Shown here in pieces: positions 28,860 to 38,531 of a stretch of DNA of 64,000 nucleotides. The notes below the pieces were generated by a model. The model worked only from the letters and a program-made list of their open reading frames with translations, did not search any database and was not told the origin of the DNA. Each line of letters begins with the position of its first letter. The stretch's first letter is position 1. This DNA is from Escherichia phage vB_EcoM_OE5505. Made by a program: the position numbers and the translations under genes. The stretch lies in sequence record NC_054926.1; one strand, 5' to 3'.

Positions 28860-29321
28860 TCATTGAGTTTTAATTACTGCTTTAGAAGCCTTTCCTGGTA
28901 AACGACGACTATTGATAATTGCCATCCTGCATTGAAGCGACGGGTCTTTGAACTTCGCATTAGGTTTACAAACTGTAAATCCAAGCCAAAGATTTCCATC
29001 TGTGATTTCTAAACGTCCAGGACGGTATTCAACCCCATCAATAAAATCCTCATCAATGTCAGGACGCGGAGGCATACTCAGGAATTCATTAACTTCTAAA
29101 ACATGGTCTTTTATTTTGTGGAATAATTCAAAAACATATGTCTCATCAATCTCCCGTTGAATTGCACGATCAAGAAGATGTTGAGAATATTTTAGATGAA
29201 ACGATGAGACCCCTGCTGCTTTTGATGCCTCACGAATCTCATTGTTAATTTGACGAAACTCCGACTCAAAGTGACGACGAAGCTTATTTCGACGGATAAA
29301 AACTTCTGTATTGATAGTCAT
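28860..29321 (-). CDS. regB: Endoribonuclease RegB
   Basis: 153 aa; MTINTEVFIRRNKLRRHFESEFRQINNEIREA... matches recalled T4 RegB; early promoter directly upstream. Confidence 0.85.
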   Translation of the reverse strand: MTINTEVFIRRNKLRRHFESEFRQINNEIREASKAAGVSSFHLKYSQHLLDRAIQREIDETYVFELFHKIKDHVLEVNEFLSMPPRPDIDEDFIDGVEYRPGRLEITDGNLWLGFTVCKPNAKFKDPSLQCRMAIINSRRLPGKASKAVIKTQ

Positions 29322-29348
29322 GTTATTCTCCTCTTAACTGATAGAAAA

Positions 29349-29378
29349 ATTATACCACAGTCAAGAGGAAAAGTAAAC
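29349..29378 (-). promoter_or_regulatory. T4-type early promoter upstream of regB (GTTTAC - 18 nt - TGGTATAAT)
   Basis: Minus-strand consensus match. Confidence 0.65.
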
Positions 29379-29380
29379 AG

Positions 29381-29659
29381 TTATTCTTTAAATCTAATCA
29401 ATTTATTCATAGACTTTGAAACTTCTGCACGAACCTCATGTAGATTTTTGAGCTGTTCAAGACGCTGCGTATAGTAAGCAATTTCATCTTCTTCGAGACA
29501 GTCCTGTGAATCTTCTTTAAGATACCGTGCATAGTCCTGGAAAGCGTTACGGACTACTTCCTGGAAGTCATCAAGACTTTGAATTTTCTTAGGAGCAGCA
29601 GACACACGACGAGGGGCAGTATAATACTCATAACCAAACCCTGCGCTTAATTGAGCCAT
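29381..29659 (-). CDS. Hypothetical protein (92 aa from ATG)
   Basis: ORF-track start GTG; ATG at 29659 with GAGGAAA SD. Confidence 0.45.
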   Translation of the reverse strand: MAQLSAGFGYEYYTAPRRVSAAPKKIQSLDDFQEVVRNAFQDYARYLKEDSQDCLEEDEIAYYTQRLEQLKNLHEVRAEVSKSMNKLIRFKE

Positions 29660-29925
29660 TAGTATTTTTCCTCTGGTTGGAACACAGCACGACAAGCCCA
29701 CATACTGGCTTCTTTGAGTTTCGTTTTAGCAATAGCTAACTGATCGAGGCTTTCAGCATAATTCTTCGCGAGTTCAAAGTCTTCGCAATCGTCCCACGCT
29801 TCCCAGAATTCATCATATAAAGCATCAAAGATAAGTCCTAAACGAACTTCAGCGTCTTTAATAGCATTTACTTTACCGATTTTTTCGTCGGTATGTGGTT
29901 TATAACCCTTAATATCTTCAATCAT
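29659..29925 (-). CDS. Hypothetical acidic protein (88 aa from ATG)
   Basis: ORF-track start TTG; ATG at 29925 with GAGGAAG SD. Confidence 0.45.
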   Translation of the reverse strand: MIEDIKGYKPHTDEKIGKVNAIKDAEVRLGLIFDALYDEFWEAWDDCEDFELAKNYAESLDQLAIAKTKLKEASMWACRAVFQPEEKY

Positions 29926-30139
29926 ATTTGACTTCCTCACCAGTGCATAAATCGTATTCAACTAAACGAATAGGTTCATGAATGCCATATCCCTGAACAG
30001 AAATTTCTGTCGTAGGATAAATTCCATCAATATCACCCATATTCCAGGCTTCATTAAATTGCTGTTCGCCTGAATTACTAAACCACTCGGCGAAAGCATT
30101 TAGCACATCTTCAGAACCTTCAATAATTATCTTTGCCAT
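29918..30139 (-). CDS. Hypothetical acidic protein (73 aa)
   Basis: ATG start. Confidence 0.45.
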   Translation of the reverse strand: MAKIIIEGSEDVLNAFAEWFSNSGEQQFNEAWNMGDIDGIYPTTEISVQGYGIHEPIRLVEYDLCTGEEVKYD

Positions 30140-30501
30140 TACAAACTCTCGGTAAAGGTACGAGCGATAACGTCGCGCTGCTGTTCCGGAGTCAGAGAGT
30201 TAAAGCGAACTGCATAACCGGATACACGGATGGTCAGCTGCGGATATTTTTCCGGATGCTTAACTGCATCTTCCAGAGTTTCACGACGCAGAACGTTAAC
30301 GTTCAGGTGTTGACCACCTTCAATTTTAACTGTAGGCTGTTGCTCAATTTCAATTTCACGGGCATGCAAACCATAGAAAATTTCTGGGTCTACAAAAGAG
30401 TCCTCTTTAAAGGTTTTAGAAACGATAATTCGTGCTTGAATACCATCTTCAAAATAAATAGTGCCTTTGTGTGTGCCTTCAAGAATTTGATATGCTTTCA
30501 T
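30139..30501 (-). CDS. Autonomous glycyl-radical cofactor (GrcA/YfiD-like)
   Basis: C-terminal ~50 aa [59 protein letters not shown] essentially identical to E. coli GrcA; glycyl radical motif RVSGY; a T4 homolog (Y06I) is known. Confidence 0.9.
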   Translation of the reverse strand: MKAYQILEGTHKGTIYFEDGIQARIIVSKTFKEDSFVDPEIFYGLHAREIEIEQQPTVKIEGGQHLNVNVLRRETLEDAVKHPEKYPQLTIRVSGYAVRFNSLTPEQQRDVIARTFTESL

Positions 30502-30508
30502 ATAAACC

Positions 30509-30889
30509 TCAATTAGAAAATAAATTTATCCAAGATTGTTCTTTAATTAAAAACGGCTCAGAATCATATGCCATTAAACTTTGCGTAATTAATCCTTTAA
30601 AAGGTCCATCAATAAATTCCATGGTAAAATACGGAATTTTATTCATTAATCTTGCATTAGGAGCAGTGCACAAAACTCTGCATCCTTTGAATACACCTTT
30701 TTGTAATTTGTATTGCTTGGGATAAAATTCGCTCAAAATGTTATTATTTGCTAAAATTTCAAAATGATTCACCAATTTATTTTTAATAGTTTTTGGCGAA
30801 AAATAAAGATATTCGAAAAGCTGAGTGTCTGTCATCATTGCATTCCGATTACGAAAAACTGTGGACGAGTAATACCACCAATGCAACAT
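30509..30889 (-). CDS. Hypothetical protein (126 aa)
   Basis: ATG start. Confidence 0.45.
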   Translation of the reverse strand: MLHWWYYSSTVFRNRNAMMTDTQLFEYLYFSPKTIKNKLVNHFEILANNNILSEFYPKQYKLQKGVFKGCRVLCTAPNARLMNKIPYFTMEFIDGPFKGLITQSLMAYDSEPFLIKEQSWINLFSN

Positions 30890-31422
30890 TTACTATTGCA
30901 GCAGTGTTGCACAGTTTCAATATGAATATCGTAAATTTTATCCATATCAGGAGATTTAACAGGCTCATCAATTATATACAAAATTCGTGAAAGCGATAAA
31001 CCTCTGAACTTGCTTCCTTTATTACCAATAAAACTGCGCACAGAATCAGTAAATAAACGAAAACGTATATCATCATTAGAATAACGCGAAAATTCCTTTT
31101 TAATGTTATTTGCAGAAATTTTAGCGTAAGCTGAAGTATTAGAAAGAACAATAACTGTTCCGCCATCATACAACCAATTAGCAGCGAAGTTAGTCACAGC
31201 AATTGATTTACCGGATTGACGTCCACCATCTAGTCGAAGTGTGCAATACTGTTTAAGTAAGTCTTCAAATGGTGGGATATAATCGTTTTTACAAATTTCT
31301 TCTACTCTAGCATCAGAATGGTGTGTAAAAGCATTCATCAGGGATAGATAAGGACCAGTTAAAAATGTTCTCATTTTATTCTCTCTAAATTTGGGCCATT
31401 CCATGGCGCATGAATTGTCCAT
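30835..31422 (-). CDS. P-loop protein (195 aa), unknown function
   Basis: Walker A-like GGRQSGKS; ATG start. Confidence 0.5.
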   Translation of the reverse strand: MDNSCAMEWPKFRENKMRTFLTGPYLSLMNAFTHHSDARVEEICKNDYIPPFEDLLKQYCTLRLDGGRQSGKSIAVTNFAANWLYDGGTVIVLSNTSAYAKISANNIKKEFSRYSNDDIRFRLFTDSVRSFIGNKGSKFRGLSLSRILYIIDEPVKSPDMDKIYDIHIETVQHCCNSKCCIGGITRPQFFVIGMQ

Positions 31423-31527
31423 TTCTGTATTTACCCATTACCGCACTCAGGCTCGACCTTATTACAGGTTGGCGGGAATCCCTCATAGAATCATGAGGTC
31501 CAGTTTGTTCCCATATTTCTTATTTGC

Positions 31528-32001
31528 TTATTTGAACGATTTAACGTACTGAATAGAACCTTTACTATTTACAAAGGCAATTTTACCATTTTTATTATAC
31601 ATTGTAGCAGTACGTTGATAGCCATAAGTTTGTTTACCAGATTGATAACCAACTAATGCAAAATTATCTTCACCCATTTTATTCTGTTTAGCGCGAATGC
31701 GTTCATGACCATGTGCCATAAGAACCTTAGCATCACCAGTTGCAATGGATCGACGAGTTTTTTCATCTTCAACTGTATTAACAAAGTCGTCAAATGAATC
31801 AAATTTAGCATGAGATTTATTATACAGTTTTCCATCTACTGCATAATTATATCCCTGTACATCCATCTCAACTTCTGTACCATCATCCAATACAGCAGTA
31901 ATTTTTTGACCTTTTTTAAATTTCAAAAGATCAGTAAAAGATTCAGCAATAATTTGAGAATTAATAGCTGCTTCAGTGATAAATTCTTGATATGTTTTCA
32001 T
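31528..32001 (-). CDS. Internal (capsid-targeted) protein, ipIII-position (157 aa)
   Basis: N-terminal capsid targeting sequence MKTYQEFITEA; located immediately upstream of e as ipIII is in T4; early promoter 32056..32085. Confidence 0.7.
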   Translation of the reverse strand: MKTYQEFITEAAINSQIIAESFTDLLKFKKGQKITAVLDDGTEVEMDVQGYNYAVDGKLYNKSHAKFDSFDDFVNTVEDEKTRRSIATGDAKVLMAHGHERIRAKQNKMGEDNFALVGYQSGKQTYGYQRTATMYNKNGKIAFVNSKGSIQYVKSFK

Positions 32002-32055
32002 ATGTTTCCTTTAAATATTTTAATTAGTAATTTGTCTCTTCAAGCAACTGTGAAT

Positions 32056-32085
32056 ATACTATCACAATTCTAGGAGAAAGTAAAC
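32056..32085 (-). promoter_or_regulatory. Early promoter upstream of internal protein gene (GTTTAC - 18 nt - TAGTAT)
   Basis: Minus-strand motif. Confidence 0.5.
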
Positions 32086-32089
32086 AACT

Positions 32090-33058
<969 letters not shown>

Positions 33059-33077
<19 letters not shown>

Positions 33078-33547
33078 TCAGTGATAAAGTTATTTAAATT
33101 TTGAGTATATTTCTTTTCATCAAAAATCTTTTGTTGTCTGCGTAGCCGCCATGGCATTTCAATGAACGTGTACCATATCCCAGATAATATTGATGCTGTA
33201 AAAATATTAACAAGTATGGTTAAAAGAATCCAATCTCCTATTCTGTCCATTGGATTTTTTATAAAAAAGTAAAATACGAATGATGACACAGGAAGACTAA
33301 TGATATACCACAGAAGAGCCTTCTTATCTGTGAACCAATCAGCATTCGTTAACTTAGCGCGACCGTTTTGAATACATACGAACTTATCATCTGTTACAGT
33401 AAATGGCTTAGCTGCTTGATATCCCATTCTAAACTCCCTAATCAACAAATTTTTCATATCTTCGGAACAACCATTCCAGTCAACTCTATCAACTGAAATG
33501 CCATCATCCCCATCATCTAAATCATACCAGCGAGTTTTTAAAATCAT
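33059..33547 (-). CDS. Membrane protein (162 aa)
   Basis: Two hydrophobic helices (LLWYIISLPVSSFVFYFFI, WILLTILVNIFTASILSGIWY). Confidence 0.5.
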
Positions 33548-33906
33548 TTAATTTTCCTACAATCACTCACAAACTCTTCCATTGATTCTTTTTCAATATA
33601 AGACATATAGCTATTATATTCCTTTAATTGTATTTTGTAATCCTTTTTTCTTTGCCAATTTATTTTAAAATTATCATAATGAAAATATAACATGGTACCA
33701 AAGAATGAAAATAATGAAATCGCTATAGTAAAACGAAGTTCACTCCAAACCTCTGTTATAATTACTGTGCCGTCGATATTTAAAATAAAACAGTCAATTA
33801 ACAATCCAATAAGACTACCCGCAAGAGCTGTAAATACTGATACAGCAAGAATTAATAGTGCCTCAGGAAACGAATATTTGACTTTATTTAGTTTTGGCTT
33901 TTGCAT
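33544..33906 (-). CDS. Membrane protein (120 aa)
   Basis: Two hydrophobic helices; ATGA overlap. Confidence 0.5.
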   Translation of the reverse strand: MQKPKLNKVKYSFPEALLILAVSVFTALAGSLIGLLIDCFILNIDGTVIITEVWSELRFTIAISLFSFFGTMLYFHYDNFKINWQRKKDYKIQLKEYNSYMSYIEKESMEEFVSDCRKIK

Positions 33907-34280
33907 CGTGATTCCTTAACAAATTTCATAATTTCATCAAATTCATACATATCTAGCTTAAGCTGGTGTTCCTTTTTAATCTTTTTACACTGAGCTTTCC
34001 AATCACGTACACGTTTACGATAATGTCTTCCTTGATACCAGTATCCTACCCAATTTACGGGTACTAATAAAAGTGGAACTATTAATGGAAGAATTAGCAT
34101 TAACACAAGTATTTCGCCAGAATCAATATCAGTCATAACATCTAAAACACCTCCAATAATCAATAGAATTACAAATGATATGAGTATAACAGGACCTATT
34201 AACACATCAGTAGAAATTATCTGACGCTTTGGTTCATACTTCACAGGTTTACTTGGAAGGTATAGTGATGGTTTTGACAT
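33888..34280 (-). CDS. Membrane protein (130 aa from ATG)
   Basis: ORF-track start TTG; ATG at 34280 with AAGGAA SD; two TM helices. Confidence 0.5.
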   Translation of the reverse strand: MSKPSLYLPSKPVKYEPKRQIISTDVLIGPVILISFVILLIIGGVLDVMTDIDSGEILVLMLILPLIVPLLLVPVNWVGYWYQGRHYRKRVRDWKAQCKKIKKEHQLKLDMYEFDEIMKFVKESRCKSQN

Positions 34281-34857
34281 ATTCTCTACATTCCTTAACA
34301 AATTTTTCTAGTAATAAATCACTTTCAAAATTGGGATTTTCTACAAATTTATCAAAAAGATCATCAACAATATTCAAGATATTTCTTTTACTAAGAATAC
34401 GTTTATTTTCATGCTTCGTTTCAGAATCAACTATAAGAGTAAAGAAATATTTCTTTCCCTGAAATTTTACTGTAGTATCAATATAGAATAAATTTGACTT
34501 TTGTAAATTACGTTTAAACCATGCGTCACTTAAACTATAAACACCGAGATAATCAAAATCGTCGTTTAAATAACAAACCGTCCATTCAGGAGAAATGAAA
34601 TCAGTAAATTCAACATCAAAATCACACGTCAATGAATGAATTGATTCAATACTGTTAATGAGTATTCCAGGACGTATTAAAGACTTTTTACCTCTAGAAA
34701 ATCTTCCGGAAAGGCTTTCATCAGTTTCATATGAAGACCCCCAATAGTAATTACGTCCTTCTGCCATGCGTTTAAGAGCATTTAGTAATTGGTCTGGAAC
34801 ATCAACCTGTCTTTGAAACTCTTCAAACATTGAATTGAAATCACTTTGCATTTTCAT
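34249..34857 (-). CDS. Hypothetical protein (202 aa)
   Basis: ATG start. Confidence 0.5.
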   Translation of the reverse strand: MKMQSDFNSMFEEFQRQVDVPDQLLNALKRMAEGRNYYWGSSYETDESLSGRFSRGKKSLIRPGILINSIESIHSLTCDFDVEFTDFISPEWTVCYLNDDFDYLGVYSLSDAWFKRNLQKSNLFYIDTTVKFQGKKYFFTLIVDSETKHENKRILSKRNILNIVDDLFDKFVENPNFESDLLLEKFVKECREYVKTITIPSK

Positions 34858-34877
34858 TCCTATTTACTCCAAGTAAT

Positions 34878-34894
34878 AGGGGCCCGAAGCCCCT
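34878..34894 (-). terminator. UUCG-tetraloop hairpin (AGGGGC-UUCGG-GCCCCU)
   Basis: Inverted repeat after stop of 34900..35493. Confidence 0.45.
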
Positions 34895-34899
34895 TATCA

Positions 34900-35493
34900 T
34901 TATTTCAGAGAATTAATATATTCCTGAACATCGGCAGAGGTAGTTTCAACCCCAGAAATATTACCATTAAAGGTTTCAACTCGAGCAAGAGTATCTTCAA
35001 TATCAACCTTAGTCAGTGCTGCAATTTCAACTACATCATCAGCAGTACTAATTCCAAGGGCATTCGCTGCACGAGTTTCACGGATATATTCCAATTTAAC
35101 CGCAAGTTCTTGACGAGCATCATCTAACTCAACTACTTTCTTGGCGATTTCAATTCGCATTTCAGCATAACCGTCAGCCTTAGTAGTCAACTGCTCAGCT
35201 GTTCGACGATATAGTAAACCGAGTTTAGCATGCATTGTTACATCTTGGCCTTCGGAAAGAAGTTTACGAATTTCACGCTCTTTTGATTCGGCCTGTCGAT
35301 TCTTTTCGATAACAAGTTCACGAATACGTTTTTCTTCGTTAATAGATTTAACAGAAGCAGTTTTTAGATCTTTAATTTTATCAAGTAGTTTTGCTGCTGC
35401 AGCAGTATACTGTTCTTCGACAGATAGATTTTTAGCCATAGCAGAACCAAGTTTAGTGCGAATAAACTCAACAATTTTCTTCAGTGTGTTCAT
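34900..35493 (-). CDS. Coiled-coil protein, PspA/IM30-like (speculative), 197 aa
   Basis: Long helical heptad-rich sequence reminiscent of PspA family; early promoter 35565..35594; UUCG hairpin after stop. Confidence 0.45.
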   Translation of the reverse strand: MNTLKKIVEFIRTKLGSAMAKNLSVEEQYTAAAAKLLDKIKDLKTASVKSINEEKRIRELVIEKNRQAESKEREIRKLLSEGQDVTMHAKLGLLYRRTAEQLTTKADGYAEMRIEIAKKVVELDDARQELAVKLEYIRETRAANALGISTADDVVEIAALTKVDIEDTLARVETFNGNISGVETTSADVQEYINSLK

Positions 35494-35564
35494 AGTATTT
35501 CCTTAGGTTAATTGAGATTTAAAATCCGTAGGAGTATAATACTCTATCGTCAAATTATAGGCTC

Positions 35565-35594
35565 ATAATATCTCAATCATGAGCCTGCGTAAAC
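35565..35594 (-). promoter_or_regulatory. Early promoter (GTTTAC - 18 nt - TATTAT)
   Basis: Minus-strand motif; spacer contains inverted repeat GCTCAT...ATGAGC. Confidence 0.5.
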
Positions 35595-35858
35595 TTATTT
35601 CATATTATTGAAATATTCTTCTGCGATTTCGTCGTTATCATGGTAAACTTTAGAAGACAGTTTAACATAACCTTCTGCTGTGAACATATTAATCACAACT
35701 TTTACAGTATACCACTGACCGTCTTCATTACCCATTACTGCGTAAGTTTCAAACATCGGATGATCAGGACCGATAACTTTAATATCATTCACTGTACGAC
35801 CGAAATCTTCTGAAACGCATTTCATAAAGAAGTTGAACAGTTCGCCGTAATTATCCAT
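35595..35858 (-). CDS. Hypothetical protein (87 aa from ATG)
   Basis: ATG at 35858 with GGAG SD; ORF-track N-terminal extension is promoter read-through. Confidence 0.5.
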   Translation of the reverse strand: MDNYGELFNFFMKCVSEDFGRTVNDIKVIGPDHPMFETYAVMGNEDGQWYTVKVVINMFTAEGYVKLSSKVYHDNDEIAEEYFNNMK

Positions 35859-35901
35859 TTCATTCTCCAAGTTGTTTTCTGTATCAGTAGTTGATAGTTG
35901 T

Positions 35902-35931
35902 ATAGTACCATGGAAGAACAGAGATGTAAAC
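35902..35931 (-). promoter_or_regulatory. Early promoter with conserved module (copy D)
   Basis: GTTTAC - 18 nt - TGGTACTATACAACTATCAAC. Confidence 0.6.
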
Positions 35932-36060
35932 AGTTTTGTGAAAAAATTTTTAGGGAATTCTAGGGCAGGGATGGGCAATTAAAGGATAGGATAATATATT
36001 ATAAAGGGTATAAACTAAATGATGCCTAGAGAGGTCCAGAAAGGCCTAGATACCAAAAAG

Positions 36061-36079
36061 CCCTATCATTTAGATAGGG
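36061..36079 (-). terminator. Rho-independent terminator (CCCUAUC-UAAAU-GAUAGGG + U5)
   Basis: 7-bp stem followed by CTTTTTGG on minus strand. Confidence 0.55.
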
Positions 36080-36087
36080 ATTTAAAA

Positions 36088-36650
36088 TTATTTACCTAGT
36101 TTACTTATTATAGCTTCTGCAGCAGCTTTTAGCTTAGATGCAGTGTTAATACGATTTTTAATTTCAGTATACGCATCGCCAAGAACATCAAGGCTATCAG
36201 AATAAACACTTACACTATTGCGTTCGCTATTTGAAATAGAACCTTTAGTTTTGCGGTCAAAATCGGTGTACACGTCTTGAAGATCGCGGGCTGCCTTCTT
36301 TGCATCATCCAATGCATCAAGAGCTTTATTCAAAGCATTAACGTATTTTTAGTGTCGAACATATTCTTAGAAATTTTAACAGGTGCGCGTTCAGGAGTAG
36401 CTAACACAGATTTAGGAACCTGAGCGCCAGATGCCAATTTCTTAGAAATTTTGAAAAATGCTTTATTGAATTTATTTTCTTGACTCATTGTAAAAGAACT
36501 ATTATCGATGTTGTACATTTCAATAGCTTTAGCTTTCCACTTAAGAAAATCGCCGCGGTCTTTTGGGTCCAATTGGAAGAATACTTTAGTAAGATCTGCT
36601 TCAGATGGTAATTTTGCTGCTTCGGTTAAAAATTCGGCATAGGTTTTCAT
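36088..36650 (-). pseudogene. Internal-protein-like gene with capsid-targeting leader, apparently split by a frameshift at an A5 run (ORFs 36330..36650 and 36088..36333)
   Basis: N-terminal part starts MKTYAEFLTEAAK (ATG 36650); downstream ORF has no ATG (TTG only); adding one A at 36336..36340 fuses both into a ~186 aa protein. Confidence 0.45.
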
Positions 36651-36745
36651 TTAAAATCCTTGAAATAATTTATCGGTTGGTTATTAATTATTTATTACTT
36701 TGTTACTATCCGTAACAGCGTTATCCGAGTGATTCAAACTAAAAA

Positions 36746-36767
36746 GCCCCAACCTTTCGGTCGGGGC
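36746..36767 (-). terminator. Rho-independent terminator (GCCCCGACC-GAAA-GGUUGGGGC + U5), copy 1
   Basis: 9-bp stem with GAAA loop then TTTTT; identical to copy at 37304..37325. Confidence 0.7.
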
Positions 36768-36775
36768 TAAGAATG

Positions 36776-37250
36776 TCATTTGATTTGTTTAGCAGACCAA
36801 ATGCGGTCTTTAATAATTTTTTGGATGTCTTCAACATACTCAAGAGAGTGAACATGTGGATTATCTTTGAAACTATAAGCACGGGCTAACTTTTGGCCTT
36901 CGGTTTTGATTACTAAAAGCTCTTTAAGGATAGCTTCATATTTAGCGATAATTCCTTTAACGATATTTTTTTCTTGTGCCGCTTTAGGATCTGCTTTAGG
37001 AGCAGGTTTACCCGAAGCCTTTGCAAAAGCAGCGCCAGTAGCAACTAAACTTTTCCAGGCCATACTAACTGCATTTCCCGTAAATCCTTCCGCTTTCATG
37101 TCGCGTGCAAACTGGAATCGCGATTCATCAGAAGCATCTTTATAGGAATAATTTACCCGCGGCAATGGCAGCTTTTGCAACAGCTTGAATTTCGGTGCTA
37201 GATGCTTCATTTAACACCGCTTCATTTAAAAATTGAGTATATGATTTCAT
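36776..37250 (-). pseudogene. Internal-protein-like gene with capsid-targeting leader, apparently frameshifted (N-terminal 36 aa ORF 37140..37250 plus 36776..37210 in another frame)
   Basis: ATG 37250 with AGGAAA SD and late promoter TATAAATA; MKSYTQFLNEAVLNEAS...; removing 1 nt near 37145..37162 gives ~157 aa continuous protein. Confidence 0.4.
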
Positions 37251-37288
37251 CTTATTTCCTGTTTTAATTTGTAGATTTAATATACTAA

Positions 37289-37296
37289 TATTTATA
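37289..37296 (-). promoter_or_regulatory. Late promoter TATAAATA upstream of internal-protein-like gene
   Basis: Exact TATAAATA on minus strand directly after terminator hairpin. Confidence 0.6.
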
Positions 37297-37303
37297 CCAA
37301 AAA

Positions 37304-37325
37304 GCCCCAACCTTTCGGTCGGGGC
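37304..37325 (-). terminator. Rho-independent terminator (GCCCCGACC-GAAA-GGUUGGGGC + U5), copy 2
   Basis: Identical hairpin, followed by TTTTTGG and late promoter. Confidence 0.7.
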
Positions 37326-37334
37326 TAAGCCTTG

Positions 37335-37620
37335 CGGCAACCTTGTCGGGGTTCCACCTGCTAAGGCAAGTGTTTGTACGAAACGCCGGGATTCGAACCC
37401 GGTTATTAAGTAGTTGACGCTACTCAATATTTTTAAAAGGCCATATCTCGACCATATCCGAACGTTCCGTCAAAAACGCTACTCGGCTTACGGCAAAGAT
37501 ATTTCCTCGAATCGATAATTCGGTGCGCCGTTTCTGCTGTGATAGTAAAGAGCCAGAACACAGTAAAACTGTGGGAGGAAACTATACTCCAGGGAACATC
37601 AGTCCGACGACTTACCGGTA
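37335..37620 (-). ncRNA. Putative small stable RNA region (tRNA-like element; possibly analogous to T4 RNA C/D)
   Basis: No protein-coding ORF; contains tRNA T-arm-like CCGGGTTCGAATCCCGG but no canonical cloverleaf; flanked by tRNA cluster and strong terminator 37304..37325. Confidence 0.3.
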
Positions 37621-37633
37621 GCGACCCGGTTTC

Positions 37634-37984
37634 TTAATATTCTTTTAAAGAATCAATATATTCACGGCGTTTACGCCACAAATCAATTGCTTCATACGCG
37701 GATTCAGCATTTCGAATTAGCCGGCATTTATGTAAAGACTTATGATTTTGATATTGTGTAGATAACGGAATTGTATCTAAAAGGTCTTTACGATCAAAAT
37801 ATTCGTAACCATCTAAACCAAATGAACGATTTTTGAGAAATTGCCAATGACCATATTCGTTTTCGACATAAACATAATCTGCATGCTGATAAAGCAAATT
37901 AATTACACGTTCAGAAATAACAGTATCATTATGATTAAAATAGAATGTTAAATCATGAACTACTAAATAAACATTACCTTTCAT
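37634..37984 (-). CDS. Hypothetical protein (116 aa) immediately downstream of tRNA-Arg
   Basis: ATG 37984 with GAGGAAA SD. Confidence 0.5.
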   Translation of the reverse strand: MKGNVYLVVHDLTFYFNHNDTVISERVINLLYQHADYVYVENEYGHWQFLKNRSFGLDGYEYFDRKDLLDTIPLSTQYQNHKSLHKCRLIRNAESAYEAIDLWRKRREYIDSLKEY

Positions 37985-38002
37985 ATTTTCCTCACTTATA
38001 AT

Positions 38003-38078
38003 TGGTCGAGGCAGTAGGGATCGAACCTACGACCTAGGACTTAGAAGGTCCTTGCTCTTCCTTCTGAGCTATGCCCCG
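38003..38078 (-). tRNA. tRNA-Arg (anticodon UCU), CCA encoded
   Basis: Manual cloverleaf: acceptor CGGGGCA/TGCCTCG, anticodon stem AGGAC/GTCCT, loop CTTCTAA, T-loop GGTTCGATCC. Confidence 0.85.
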
Positions 38079-38082
38079 TAAT

Positions 38083-38158
38083 TGGGGTGACCGATGGGAG
38101 TCGAACCCATGACTACGAGAATCACAATCTCGAGTTCTACCAACTGAACTACGGCCAC
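38083..38158 (-). tRNA. tRNA-His (anticodon GUG), CCA encoded
   Basis: Acceptor GTGGCCG/CGGTCAC, anticodon stem CGAGA/TCTCG loop TTGTGAT, discriminator C73, T-loop GGTTCGACTCC. Confidence 0.8.
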
Positions 38159-38272
38159 ATTAATACCTACTCCAACAATCAAGATGTCTTCACACGAAAT
38201 TAAGAGAAGAGTGATCAGTTCAACCCCTATAATCGCGTCAAGTAGATATTAATGTGACAGTTGTCACAAATT

Positions 38273-38347
38273 TGGCGGACGTGATAGGATTCGAACCTAT
38301 AACCAATCGCTTAACAGGCGATCGCTCTGCCATTGAGCTACACATCC
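38273..38347 (-). tRNA. tRNA-Asn (anticodon GUU), CCA encoded
   Basis: Acceptor GGATGTG/CACGTCC, anticodon stem ATCGC/GCGAT loop CTGTTAA, T-loop GGTTCGAATCC. Confidence 0.8.
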
Positions 38348-38351
38348 AAAT

Positions 38352-38438
38352 TGGTGGGGAGTGGTGGAGTCGAACCACCCGAGTCGCAATGACAATGGAT
38401 TTACAGTCCACACCGCTACCTCTACGGGATAACTCCCC
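38352..38438 (-). tRNA. tRNA-Tyr (anticodon GUA), long variable arm, CCA encoded
   Basis: Anticodon loop CTGTAAA; long extra arm; T-loop GGTTCGACTCC; acceptor GGGGAGT/ACTCCCC. Confidence 0.8.
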
Positions 38439-38447
38439 AAATTAATT

Positions 38448-38522
38448 TGGTGGCCCTGGGTGGAATTGAACCACCATCTGGCGATTATGAGTCGCTTGCT
38501 TGAACCTTCCAGCTACAGGGCC
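38448..38522 (-). tRNA. tRNA with CAU anticodon (elongator Met or Ile2), CCA encoded
   Basis: Acceptor GGCCCTG/CAGGGCC fully paired; anticodon loop CTCATAA; T-arm GGTGG TTCAATT CCACC. Confidence 0.75.
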
Positions 38523-38531
38523 AAATTTTTC

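Noticed and set aside
38160-38272. Possible additional tRNA in the 113 nt gap between tRNA-His and tRNA-Asn
   Set aside because: No T-loop (GGTTCGA-like) or acceptor pairing could be built; only a short palindrome TGTGACA/TGTCACA is present, more consistent with a processing or spacer element
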